This document shows positions 8,321 to 17,413 of a stretch of DNA of 64,000 nt, in pieces. Location of the stretch: the IMG/VR virus record IMGVR_UViG_3300042691_055975; one strand, written 5' to 3'. The first letter of the stretch is position 1. Each line of letters begins with the position of its first letter. Source of the DNA: an uncultured virus (IMG/VR IMGVR_UViG_3300042691_055975). Its lineage: Duplodnaviria; Heunggongvirae; Uroviricota; Caudoviricetes. The translations under genes were made by a program, and so were the position numbers. The notes beneath the pieces are model-generated. The model searched no databases. It saw nothing but the letters and a program-made list of their open reading frames with translations, and had not been told where the DNA came from.

Positions 8321-8764
8321 ATGGCGCGCATGACGCCTCGCGCCCGGCTGGAGCAGCAGCTCATCGCGGACGGTAAGCTGCCGCCGCGCGACAGCAATCC
8401 TGCCCCGCTCAAGGGAAAGGATCGGCTGTTCGCGCTCGGCCGCCTCAAGACAGGTGAGAGGAACAAGACGGAACAGCGGTACGAGGACGAGGTGCTGCGG
8501 CCGGGCATGCTGGTCGGCGAGATCCTCTGGTTCCGTTTCGAGGGCGTGAAGCTGCGCCTTGCGGACAACACCTTCCTCACCGTCGACTATGCCGTGCTGC
8601 CGGCCGACGGCGTGCTGACGATGGTCGACGTGAAGGGCGGGCAGGCCGTCATTCAGGACGACGCGCGCGTAAAGATGAAGATCGCCGCCGAAGCCTACCC
8701 GTTTCGCTTCCAGTATGCCTATCCCGGCAAAGGCGGCTGGACGATCGAGGAAATCGGCGGATGA
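8321..8764 (+). CDS. DUF1064-like PD-(D/E)xK endonuclease
   Basis: NKTEQRY..LRLADNTFLTVDY..VDVKG..DARVKMK. Confidence 0.75.
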   Translation: MARMTPRARLEQQLIADGKLPPRDSNPAPLKGKDRLFALGRLKTGERNKTEQRYEDEVLRPGMLVGEILWFRFEGVKLRLADNTFLTVDYAVLPADGVLTMVDVKGGQAVIQDDARVKMKIAAEAYPFRFQYAYPGKGGWTIEEIGG

Positions 8765-9408
8765 GCGACCTGCTTGCCCGTCTGATAGCGGCTGGAACGC
8801 CGGCCGACCTCGTCGCAGAGGTGGCCATGGAGATCGCGCGCGGCCAGGACGCGAACGAGGCGATCGAGAAGCGCCGGGCCAATGATCGGGATCGGTCCAA
8901 CCGCCGCCGTCACGTGACATCACGTGACATCACGAGAGATCACGTGTCGACACGTGACGTCACGTGCGAGGCCCCCTTGCCCGCCCCCTCCCCCCTTCTT
9001 CCCCCAGACCCCCAACAACCCCCCGCCCCCACCCATACCCCCGGGTGTGATTCTCCGCGCCCGCGTAAGGCCGATCCATTTCCGATGCCGGACGGCTGCG
9101 CGCCGGAGCACTGGCGGGACTTCCTCGCCAATCGGAAGCGCAAGAACCTTCCGAACACGCCGACGGCGCACAAGCGGCTGATGGCCGACATTGCGCGACT
9201 GACCGACGAGGAATGGCCGCCGGGCCGCCTGATCGAACATGCCGCTGCCCGAGGATGGGCGGCGATCTACGATCCCCGACAGGAAAACCGGAATGAACGC
9301 GCAAACCGCCATCACGACGCAGGCAGAGGGTCAGTTAACCCGCTGGTGCGAGCCGGCCTTGCCTTCGAAGCTCAGCACGCTGCTCGATCGCAGGATGACT
9401 TTCACTGA
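8761..9408 (+). CDS. Putative replication initiator (O-like position)
   Basis: Internal iteron-like repeats, Pro-rich linker, WRDFLANRKRK..GWAAIY domain. Confidence 0.65.
   Translation: MSDLLARLIAAGTPADLVAEVAMEIARGQDANEAIEKRRANDRDRSNRRRHVTSRDITRDHVSTRDVTCEAPLPAPSPLLPPDPQQPPAPTHTPGCDSPRPRKADPFPMPDGCAPEHWRDFLANRKRKNLPNTPTAHKRLMADIARLTDEEWPPGRLIEHAAARGWAAIYDPRQENRNERANRHHDAGRGSVNPLVRAGLAFEAQHAARSQDDFH
8911..8970. repeat. Six tandem 10-bp repeats with CACGTG core (iteron-like)
   Basis: cacgtgacat cacgtgacat cacgagagat cacgtgtcga cacgtgacgt cacgtgcgag. Confidence 0.9.
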
Positions 9409-9862
9409 CCTGCCCGTCATCGGCCCGGTCAGCGCGCAGGCGCTGCGCGATTATGTCGCTGCCTGCCAGCCGCCGCTGGCGACGCCGGTGCAGATCAACC
9501 GGATGATCACGCGCGTCGCCAACATGATGCCCAGCCCGCGCGGCCTGACGGACGACGAGGGCGACGAGCGCATGGCCACGATCCGCCAGGCGCTCAGCCG
9601 TCATGCGCTGCCGGACCTGCACGCCGTGTTCGACGCGATCCTGCGCACCTGTCGCTTCTTCCCGACGATCGCGGAGATCGAGGCGCTGATCGCGCCGATC
9701 CGCGCGAAGCGCATGGCGCGCGTCAATCGCGCCCAGTCGCTGATCATGAAACATGAGCGCGAATGGGTCGCGCCGGTGACCGACATCGTGCCCGTCGCCG
9801 AGCTGGCGGACCTGCGGGCACAGGTCGCGGACTCTTTGAGGGAGGGGGCAGCGGGGGAATGA
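9293..9862 (+). CDS. Putative replication accessory protein (P-like position)
   Basis: CRFFPTIAEI motif; clear paralogue at 54703-55287. Confidence 0.65.
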   Translation: MNAQTAITTQAEGQLTRWCEPALPSKLSTLLDRRMTFTDLPVIGPVSAQALRDYVAACQPPLATPVQINRMITRVANMMPSPRGLTDDEGDERMATIRQALSRHALPDLHAVFDAILRTCRFFPTIAEIEALIAPIRAKRMARVNRAQSLIMKHEREWVAPVTDIVPVAELADLRAQVADSLREGAAGE

Positions 9863-10308
9863 TACGAGAGCCGAAGGCGGGGCGGACGCTGAATGAACGC
9901 GAGGTGATCCTGATGCGGATCATCCGCGAAGTGACGGATGCGGGCCTGCCCGTGCCCACGATCGACGTGATCGCCGAGAAACTGGATGTGGGCCTGGGCG
10001 GCACGGTACCGGAGATGTTCCGGCGTCTGCACGACATGGGGCTGATCATCAACGAGCCGTTCCAGCGCGGCCGTCGCGTGTGCCTGATCGAGACGGGCAA
10101 ATGGTCGGCCCTGCCGCTCAACACCGCCCCGCACTGGCGCAACCGGCCGAAGAACGTTCCGGCGCCCGCGCCAACGGCCATCCGCGCGCGCCGCGCCGAT
10201 ATCGCCGCGGAGATCTTCACCGAGGCTGCGCGCCTCGGCAAGCCCGCGGTCGAGTATCTCGCCGACCTTGTGTTCGTGGGATGGGAGGTCGAGAAAGCCC
10301 GTGGCTAA
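9859..10308 (+). CDS. Winged-helix DNA-binding protein, candidate late activator
   Basis: PTIDVIAEKL..FRRLHDMGLI; last gene before the terminase. Confidence 0.55.
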   Translation: MIREPKAGRTLNEREVILMRIIREVTDAGLPVPTIDVIAEKLDVGLGGTVPEMFRRLHDMGLIINEPFQRGRRVCLIETGKWSALPLNTAPHWRNRPKNVPAPAPTAIRARRADIAAEIFTEAARLGKPAVEYLADLVFVGWEVEKARG

Positions 10309-11005
10309 GCTGACCGCGAAGCAAAAGCGCTTCGTAGAGGAATATCTGATTGATCTGAACGCGTCGGCCGCCGCTCGACGCGCTGGCTATAGCGTCAAGT
10401 CGGCGGCGGTCATTGGCGACGAAAACCTTAGAAAACCAGAGATCAAGGCCGCGATCGAGGATGCGCAGCGCGCGCTCAGCGAGCGGACGCAGATCACTCA
10501 AGAGATGGTTCTGCGCCGTTGGTGGGACATCGCAACCGCCGATCCCAACGAACTCATCCAGTATCGGCGCACAAACTGCCGCCACTGCCATGGCATAGAG
10601 TTCGAGTACCAATGGCTGGACAGAGCTGAGTTCCAGAAGGCGCTTGCGCTTGCCGCCGCCGTCGAAGGCGCGACCTACGAGTCCATGCCGACCGACGATG
10701 GCGGGTATGGGTTCAACAAAAAGGCCAACCCGCACCCCGACTGCCCCAAATGCGCGGGGGAAGGCAGGGAAGACGTATTCGCGAGTGACACCCGCCATCT
10801 CCTCGGCGCCGCGCGGCTTCTCTACGCTGGCGTGAAGATCACCAAGGATGGGCTCGAGATCAAACTGAAGGATCAGGACAAGGCGCTGGAGAATGTCGCG
10901 CGCCACCTCGGCATGTTCAAGGACAAGGTCGAGCACGACATCACGGATGATCTCGCGGCCGCGATCATAGCCGGCAACGCCAGGCTCAATAATGGCGGCC
11001 AGTGA
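10301..11005 (+). CDS. terS: Terminase small subunit
   Basis: LTAKQKRFVEEYLIDLNASAAARRAGYS; internal CRHC/CPKC; KALENVARHLGMF. Confidence 0.9.
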   Translation: MAKLTAKQKRFVEEYLIDLNASAAARRAGYSVKSAAVIGDENLRKPEIKAAIEDAQRALSERTQITQEMVLRRWWDIATADPNELIQYRRTNCRHCHGIEFEYQWLDRAEFQKALALAAAVEGATYESMPTDDGGYGFNKKANPHPDCPKCAGEGREDVFASDTRHLLGAARLLYAGVKITKDGLEIKLKDQDKALENVARHLGMFKDKVEHDITDDLAAAIIAGNARLNNGGQ

Positions 11006-12488
11006 TCGCGTCGCGCTGGCAGAGCGCATCGGCGAGTTTCGCTATTCCCCTTTCGATCATGCGCGCTTTGCCTATCCCTGGGAGAGTGAGGCGCTCCCCG
11101 CCGTCGGCCCACGCTCGTGGCAGCAGGATACGTTCCTCCAGATAGAGGAGCATCTGTCGAACCCTGCCACCCGGCACACGCCGTGCCGTATCGCCGTCGC
11201 CTCTGGTCACGGCATCGGCAAGTCGGCGGGAATTTCGATGATCAACAAGTGGGCGCTCGACACCTGCGTCGACACTCGCATCGTCATCACCGCAAACACC
11301 GAGGGCCAGCTGCTCACAAAGACCGGGCCGGAGCTCGCCAAGTGGGCGCACCTCGCCATCACTCGCGACTGGTTCAAGGTGAATGCAACCAGCATCGTGT
11401 CCACGATGGGCGCTCGTTCGAAATCATGGCGCACCGACCTTGTCACCTGGTCGGCGAACAACACCGAGGCATTCGCAGGCCTGCATAACCAGGGCAAGCG
11501 CATCGTCCTGATTTTCGACGAAGCATCGGGCATCATAAACAAGGTGTGGGAGGTCGCGCTTGGCGCGCTCACGGACGAGGACACCGAGATCCTGTGGCTC
11601 GCCTTCGGTAACCCGACGCTCAACACCGGGGCTTTCCGCGACTGTTATGGCAAGAGCCGCAACCTCTGGAAGACGCGGCAGATCGATAGCCGCAACGTCG
11701 AGGGCACGAACAAGGCGTATCTCGACGAGCTCGTCGCTACCTATGGCGCGGACAGCGATATCGTGAAGGTCCGCGTGCGCGGCATGTTCCCGTCCTCATC
11801 CTCGATGCAGTTCATCGGCATGGATCTGGTCGAGCAGGCCCAGCAGCGTCAGATCGAATCGCTGCGCTCAGACCCGCTGATCTACGGCGTCGACTGCGCC
11901 CGCTTTGGCGACGATCACAGCACGCTCGCCAAGCGGTGCGGGCGCGATGCACGATCGCGGCCGTGGCTCCGTTGGTATGGCGCCGATACGATGAAGGTCG
12001 CCGGCGATATTGCGACGGAGGCGATGCGAGAGCATCCGGACGCGATCTTCGTCGACGTCGGTAATATGGGCGCTGGCGTGGTCGACCGCCTGCGCCAGCT
12101 GCTGCCTGACATGCTCATAATTGAAGTGAACTTCGGCGGCAAAGGTCGAGATGCCGTGTGGGCGAATGGGGTGCGCGTCAAGACGGCAAACAAGCGAACC
12201 GAGATCTGGACGTCTATGCGCTCTTGGCTCGAGCATGGCGCGATCCCTGACGATCAGGGTCTCGCCGACGATCTCACCGGGCCCGAGTACGGTTATGATG
12301 AGGAGCAACGGCTGGCGCTCGAAAAGAAGAAGCACATGAAGGCCCGCGGCCTCCCTTCGCCTGATGATGGCGATGCGCTCGCCACTACCTTTGCCGAGCC
12401 GGTCGCGCCTCGGTCGGTGCCAGGATACATGAACCCGGAAAATTATGGTCGCGGCCCGCGCAGCGATCGGTATGCGGAGCTGGATTGA
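10992..12488 (+). CDS. terL: Terminase large subunit
   Basis: SGHGIGKS Walker A, IFDEAS Walker B, GNPT, GVDCARFGDD, SPDDGDAL. Confidence 0.93.
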   Translation: MAASDRVALAERIGEFRYSPFDHARFAYPWESEALPAVGPRSWQQDTFLQIEEHLSNPATRHTPCRIAVASGHGIGKSAGISMINKWALDTCVDTRIVITANTEGQLLTKTGPELAKWAHLAITRDWFKVNATSIVSTMGARSKSWRTDLVTWSANNTEAFAGLHNQGKRIVLIFDEASGIINKVWEVALGALTDEDTEILWLAFGNPTLNTGAFRDCYGKSRNLWKTRQIDSRNVEGTNKAYLDELVATYGADSDIVKVRVRGMFPSSSSMQFIGMDLVEQAQQRQIESLRSDPLIYGVDCARFGDDHSTLAKRCGRDARSRPWLRWYGADTMKVAGDIATEAMREHPDAIFVDVGNMGAGVVDRLRQLLPDMLIIEVNFGGKGRDAVWANGVRVKTANKRTEIWTSMRSWLEHGAIPDDQGLADDLTGPEYGYDEEQRLALEKKKHMKARGLPSPDDGDALATTFAEPVAPRSVPGYMNPENYGRGPRSDRYAELD

Positions 12489-12724
12489 TGGCGATGAAGA
12501 CGCTTGTCACGATGACGATCAGCGTGTCCGTCGATGGCAATGATTATCATGTCAGCGACAGTACTCAAACGCACGGGAATGAGTGGGGCGAAGTGTACCG
12601 CGGCATGGCGATGATCCGCGACGAGGTGACGCGGCAGATAGCAAGCGCAAAGCTATGCCCGTTCAATCCTAAGAACGTGCGCCGGGATGGGTTGCCCTCG
12701 TTTGATGTCGATTCAACCCCATAG
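12488..12724 (+). CDS. Hypothetical protein
   Basis: TGATG coupling to terL. Confidence 0.45.
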   Translation: MAMKTLVTMTISVSVDGNDYHVSDSTQTHGNEWGEVYRGMAMIRDEVTRQIASAKLCPFNPKNVRRDGLPSFDVDSTP

Positions 12725-12740
12725 CGCTCGGCCATATCCC
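12707..12740 (+). promoter_or_regulatory. Late promoter-like motif GTCGATTCAA-N18-TA (further copies at 21038, 24493, 25565, 34464)
   Basis: Identical decamer with fixed spacing to TA upstream of five structural gene blocks. Confidence 0.7.
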
Positions 12741-12769
12741 TGCTCCCGCAATCACGCGGGAGACAGGCC

Positions 12770-12967
12770 ATTTGCACCCCATCCGTTCCTGACACGCCGA
12801 CCGTCCCGGAACGGCAGGCCGTCCAGCTTCCCGACAAGGGCGCCGACCCGCTAGCGGACCGCGATGCCCGTCGTCGGCGTCGCGCTGTGATCTCCGGCAT
12901 GATGACCAGCCCGTCGGGTGCACTGGGCACGGCCAACACCTCCGCCACCTCCAGCACGCTCGGCTGA
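12770..12967 (+). CDS. Small pre-portal virion protein with apparent ATT start
   Basis: GGGAGA-N6-ATT TGC ACC; 65 sense codons ending in ..STLG-TGATG, coupled to the portal gene. Confidence 0.6.
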   Translation: MCTPSVPDTPTVPERQAVQLPDKGADPLADRDARRRRRAVISGMMTSPSGALGTANTSATSSTLG

Positions 12968-14616
12968 TGGGCTCGATCCGTCAGGACTGCGAGACGCGCC
13001 TCACTGGCATGAAGGCGATCCGACTCGACTATGAGGGCGAGTGGAAGGAGATTGCCCGCTTCTGCCAGCCGGCCCGCTCGCGCTTTCTGAACGGCGACAC
13101 CAACAAGACGGCCCGCCGCGCGCGCAACGCCAAGCTCTATGACGAATATGCGATCGCCAGCTATCGCACGCTTGCCAATGGCATGACGTCGGGCCTGTCG
13201 TCGCCCTCGCGCCCTTGGTTCAAGCTCACGACCTATGACGAGGCGCTGATGGACGATCCGGAGGTCCGGATCTGGCTATCGGAGGTCGAGCGCCGCATGG
13301 GCGCGTTCTTCGCCCGCACCAACTTCTACGGCGCGGCGAAGACGGGCTATCACGAGATGGGCCTGTTCGGGACGGAGGCCTGCGTGCTGGTCGAGCATCC
13401 GGCCAAGGGCATGGTGTGCCATGCGCTCACCGCCGGCGAGTACTGGATCGCCATGTCCGACGAGATGGTCGCGGACACGCTCTATCGCCGCTGCCCCATG
13501 ACGGTCCGCCAGGCCGTCCAGTCCTTCGGTGACAAGGTGAGCAACACCGTTCGCACGGCCTATGACCGTTCCGATTACGAAGTGTCGGTCGACGTCTTCC
13601 ACGCGATCGAACCTAATCCGCAATGGCGGCCGGGCGATCCGTTCTCGCGCCGCTTTCGCTCCATCTACTGGGACGACAACGACCAGAAAGACCGGGTGCT
13701 GCGCATCTCGGGTTATCACGAGCAGTCCTTCTGGGCACCGCGCTGGGACACGACGGGCTCGGACACCTATGGCTACAGCCCGGCGATGGAAGGCCTCGCC
13801 TCGATCCGCGAGCTGCAGATGCAGAACAAGCGCGAGAATGAGGCGATCGACCAGATCGTGAAGCCGGAGAAGGTCGTGAAGTCAGGCCTGCGCCTCACCG
13901 GCCAACCCGGCAACATCGTCTCGGCCGCCGACGTCGACAAGGATGCGGTGCTCGTCCCCTACTCGCTGCCGTACCAGGCGATCGAGCAGATCGGGAACAA
14001 GATTGCGCGTCTCTACCAAAAGATCGACGCCACCTCTTTCGCCGACCTGTTCATGGCGATCACCAACATGCAGGGCATCCAGCCCCGCAACATCGAGGAG
14101 ATCGCGGCCAGGAACGAGGAGAAGCTGACCCAGCTGGGCCCCACGATCGAGCGCGTAAATACCGAGAAGCTCGAGGTCGGCATCGACCGCGCGTTCGGCA
14201 TCATGATGCGCGGCGGCATGCTTCCGCCCGTACCGGAGGCGTTGCGCGAATCTGAGGTTCGGACCGAGTTCGTATCTATCCTGACGCAAATGCAGCGCAT
14301 GGTCGGCCTGGGCCAGATCGAGCGGACGGCCTCGTTCGTCGGCAACCTCGCCGGCGCCTTCCCGGAAGCGGCGGACAAGCTCAACACCGACGAGATGATC
14401 GACGAATATGCCGATCGCGCCGGGACGCCGCCCAAGCTGATCCGCACCGCCGAAGAGGTCGGCGAGATCCGCAAGAACCGGGCGCAGCAGCAGAACATGG
14501 CGCGAATGGCCGAGATGGCGCCCGCGGCTCAGCAGACGGCCGACGCGGCGCGTCTGCTCTCCGAGACCGACGTCAACGGCGCGCCCATGCTCGATACGCT
14601 GCTGGGGGCAGGATGA
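12967..14616 (+). CDS. Portal/head-tail connector (T7 gp8/Bbp21-like)
   Basis: TLANGMTSGLSSPSRPWFKL, PRW..YGYSPAM, EEKLTQLGPTIER. Confidence 0.92.
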   Translation: MGSIRQDCETRLTGMKAIRLDYEGEWKEIARFCQPARSRFLNGDTNKTARRARNAKLYDEYAIASYRTLANGMTSGLSSPSRPWFKLTTYDEALMDDPEVRIWLSEVERRMGAFFARTNFYGAAKTGYHEMGLFGTEACVLVEHPAKGMVCHALTAGEYWIAMSDEMVADTLYRRCPMTVRQAVQSFGDKVSNTVRTAYDRSDYEVSVDVFHAIEPNPQWRPGDPFSRRFRSIYWDDNDQKDRVLRISGYHEQSFWAPRWDTTGSDTYGYSPAMEGLASIRELQMQNKRENEAIDQIVKPEKVVKSGLRLTGQPGNIVSAADVDKDAVLVPYSLPYQAIEQIGNKIARLYQKIDATSFADLFMAITNMQGIQPRNIEEIAARNEEKLTQLGPTIERVNTEKLEVGIDRAFGIMMRGGMLPPVPEALRESEVRTEFVSILTQMQRMVGLGQIERTASFVGNLAGAFPEAADKLNTDEMIDEYADRAGTPPKLIRTAEEVGEIRKNRAQQQNMARMAEMAPAAQQTADAARLLSETDVNGAPMLDTLLGAG

Positions 14617-14807
14617 GCCGCTATTTCGTCCAGCGCCGAGCGCCCGCCCCTCGTGGCGAGGACGACTGGGTGCCGGTCGGCAACAGCTGGCACGTGCCGT
14701 CTGTGCCCGATCACGAAGCGACCGACACGGGCCTCCTGGATGTCCATGGCGACCGCATCATGCGCGCGCCCAATCCCATGGGCTTCGGCCGGGATGGTGA
14801 ATGGTGA
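14613..14807 (+). CDS. Hypothetical protein
   Basis: Overlap-coupled; TGLLDVHGDRI motif. Confidence 0.55.
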   Translation: MSRYFVQRRAPAPRGEDDWVPVGNSWHVPSVPDHEATDTGLLDVHGDRIMRAPNPMGFGRDGEW

Positions 14808-15121
14808 GCACTGCCCAAGAACAGGACATGGCCGAGCTGCTGTCCCTTCCCGCCTTCCGTCGCTTTTTGTGGCGGTCGATTCAAACGGCCGGAATTTTCA
14901 GCCAGTCCACGAGCGGGGCTGATGGCCGTGATCTCTCATTCGCAGAGGGGCGGCGTGCCCAGATGTTCGCGATCCTTGCCGATGTCGATGTCGGCCAGCC
15001 CGTCAATGCGCGCCATCCCCACAACATCATGACGCTGCTGGCGGTGCTTCGTGAGGAAGCGAGCCCAGTCCCGAAGGAGAAGAAGAGTGCGAACGGTCGG
15101 TATGACGAACTTCCGGAATAG
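14801..15121 (+). CDS. Bbp19-like protein
   Basis: FRRFLWR..AGIF..FAEGRR; lies between portal and scaffold. Confidence 0.7.
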   Translation: MVSTAQEQDMAELLSLPAFRRFLWRSIQTAGIFSQSTSGADGRDLSFAEGRRAQMFAILADVDVGQPVNARHPHNIMTLLAVLREEASPVPKEKKSANGRYDELPE

Positions 15122-15911
15122 CCTGTTGGCTGGCGTCGCCATGACGGCGACCGAGCGGCGCGTCGGCCGGTTTCTGCGCGCGCCAGATCACCCGCCCGCC
15201 GATCCTGCCCCCGCCGCCGACCCCACGCCAGCTGCTCCGCCTGCAGATCCCGCGCCGGCGGCCCCTGCCGCGCCTCCGTCCGATCCAGCTGCGCCGCCTG
15301 CTGATCCGGCACCGGCCGCACCGGCTGACCCGGTCGACGACGCTACTGCGCTCGGGGGAACCAAGAAGCCGGATGATCCCGCTGATCCCGCCGATCCGGC
15401 AAATCCTGCCGAGCCGCCTGCTCCCGTCGTCCCCGAAGCCTATGAGCTCACCGCGCCCGAGGGCATGACGATCGACGCAGGCCTGCTCGAGGAAGCGACG
15501 CCGATCTTCAAGGAAGCGGGCCTGTCGAACGACCAGGCGCAGGCGATCCTGCCGGCCGCGAAGTCGCTTATGGAGAAAACCCAGCAGTCGACGCTGCAGG
15601 GCGTGATCGACGCCGGCAACCAGCAGCGCAAGGCGTGGCTCGACGCGGCCAAGGCCGACGAGACGATTGGCGGCGCGAACTGGGACAAGAGCCTGCACGA
15701 TGCCGCCAAGGCGCTCGACGCGCTTGGCCATCCCGAAGACTCGCCCTTCCGCCAGGCCCTCAACGAGACGGGCTTTGGCAACCACCCCGAATTCATCCGC
15801 ATCTTTGCCGGGCTCGGCGCCCGCATTGGTGAGGATGGTGACTTCGTTCGCCCGGATGCAGGCGCGCCGGTGAACGAGCCTGCCTGGAAGCGCCTCTATC
15901 CCAACGACTAA
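15102..15911 (+). CDS. Capsid scaffolding protein
   Basis: PADPA repeats, PEAYEL..PEG, GFGNHPEFIR; precedes the capsid gene. Confidence 0.8.
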   Translation: MTNFRNSLLAGVAMTATERRVGRFLRAPDHPPADPAPAADPTPAAPPADPAPAAPAAPPSDPAAPPADPAPAAPADPVDDATALGGTKKPDDPADPADPANPAEPPAPVVPEAYELTAPEGMTIDAGLLEEATPIFKEAGLSNDQAQAILPAAKSLMEKTQQSTLQGVIDAGNQQRKAWLDAAKADETIGGANWDKSLHDAAKALDALGHPEDSPFRQALNETGFGNHPEFIRIFAGLGARIGEDGDFVRPDAGAPVNEPAWKRLYPND

Positions 15912-15922
15912 GGAGAAGTCGA

Positions 15923-16939
15923 ATGGCCATTCTTGGCACGACCTACTGGAACCTGATCGACGTCATGAAAGCGGGCGGCGATAATATCGGCGACGTCGTC
16001 GAGGCGCTCGTCCAGCTCACCCCGTTCATGCAGGACGCGAACGTCATCACCTGCAACGACGGCACGAAGCATCGCAGCTCGATCCGCACCGGCCTACCGA
16101 ACGTCAGCTGGGGCGCGCTCTATCAGGGCATCCAGCAGAGCAAGGGCAACTATACCCAGGTCGAGGACACGACCGGCTTCGTCGAAGGCCTGTCGAGCGT
16201 CGACGAGCGCCTGCTCGAGCTCAAGCCCAAGGAAGCGGGCAAGCTGCGCATGATGGAAGGCCAGGGTTTCCTGGAGGCGATCGCGCAGACCGTCGACCGG
16301 GCGATCTGGTATTCGAACGTCAACATCAACGGCAAGCAGTTCCACGGCCTCGCGCCGCGGTACAACTCGCTGACCAATCCGAACGTCGTCAGCGGCGGCG
16401 GCGTGGGTGCCGACAACGCGTCGATCTGGATCGTCACCCATGGCGACATGCAGACGTCCGTCATCACGCCCGAGAATATCTCGGCCGGCGTGAAGCGGGA
16501 GGATATGGGACGCCAGCGCGTGCTCGATGGCAACGGCAATCCTTACTATGTGAAGGAGGAGAAGTTCAGCCAGCATGTGGGCATCACGGTCAAGGACTGG
16601 CGCTTCAACGGCCGGCTCTGCAACATCGACGTCTCCGACGTGATCGCCGGCACCGTCGCGCTCAACCCGCTGCTGCGCAAGGTCTATTACCGCCTGCACG
16701 GCCGCCGTTCCTACAAGATGGAGCGCGAAGGCCAGGTCAGCCCCGGTCGCACTGCCATCTACATGAACAAGACCATGATGGAGGCGCTGGACGCGGAAGG
16801 CACCAATGCGCGGCCGGGCACCGACAATTTCGTGCGCCTCAAGCCCATGGAGCTGCAGGGAGAGGAAGTCCAGTCGTGGCGCGGCATGCCGATCCGCGAG
16901 ACGGACGCTCTCCTCAACACCGAATCGCTGGTCTCGTAA
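15923..16939 (+). CDS. Major capsid protein (Bbp17/epsilon15 gp7-like)
   Basis: RTGLP, FHGLAPRY, VKDWRF.GRLCNID, GMPIRETDALLNTE. Confidence 0.9.
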   Translation: MAILGTTYWNLIDVMKAGGDNIGDVVEALVQLTPFMQDANVITCNDGTKHRSSIRTGLPNVSWGALYQGIQQSKGNYTQVEDTTGFVEGLSSVDERLLELKPKEAGKLRMMEGQGFLEAIAQTVDRAIWYSNVNINGKQFHGLAPRYNSLTNPNVVSGGGVGADNASIWIVTHGDMQTSVITPENISAGVKREDMGRQRVLDGNGNPYYVKEEKFSQHVGITVKDWRFNGRLCNIDVSDVIAGTVALNPLLRKVYYRLHGRRSYKMEREGQVSPGRTAIYMNKTMMEALDAEGTNARPGTDNFVRLKPMELQGEEVQSWRGMPIRETDALLNTESLVS

Positions 16940-16963
16940 CCGGCCCCGCAAAGGAGAAAGCAC

Positions 16964-17413
16964 ATGATCTTCGATAACACGCTGCTCTTCAGCGATGGCC
17001 AGGCGATCACGGGCGATGCCCGTTCGACCAATACCGTCGACCTGGGAGCTAACGGCACGCCCTATGGCGACACGCGCAAGCTGATCCGCGATATCGGCAA
17101 GGGCTCGCCCAAGGTGCCGCTGTCCATCTCGGTCACGGAGACGTTCAACAACCTGACGTCGCTCGAGATCCTGCTGCAGGTGGACGACAACAGCGGCTCG
17201 GCCTCGCCCAAGACGGTCGCCCGCTCCGGCATCCTGGCGCTCGCCGACCTCGTCGCTGGCAAGCAGATCGACTTCCCCGACTACATCCCCCAGGGCGCCA
17301 ACGAACAGTATCTCAGCCTGTTCTACGACGTCACGGGCGCGAACCCGACCACCGGCAAGATCACCGCCGGCGTCGTGGCCGATCGTCAGACCAACTTCAT
17401 CGGAGGCCAGTAA
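16964..17413 (+). CDS. Capsid cement protein (Bbp16-like)
   Basis: MIFDNTLLFSDGQAIT..STNTVDL..TTGKITAG. Confidence 0.85.
   Translation: MIFDNTLLFSDGQAITGDARSTNTVDLGANGTPYGDTRKLIRDIGKGSPKVPLSISVTETFNNLTSLEILLQVDDNSGSASPKTVARSGILALADLVAGKQIDFPDYIPQGANEQYLSLFYDVTGANPTTGKITAGVVADRQTNFIGGQ

Noticed and set aside
8911..8970. Tandem repeats considered as a CRISPR array
   Set aside because: 10-bp units without spacers and no cas genes; they fit iterons better.
14875..14884. Sixth GTCGATTCAA copy as a promoter
   Set aside because: It lacks TA at the conserved spacing and lies in coding sequence; kept only as a possible binding site.
15190..15430. Repeated GCCGATCC-like units
   Set aside because: In-frame PADPA repeats of the scaffold linker; not CRISPR repeats or iterons.
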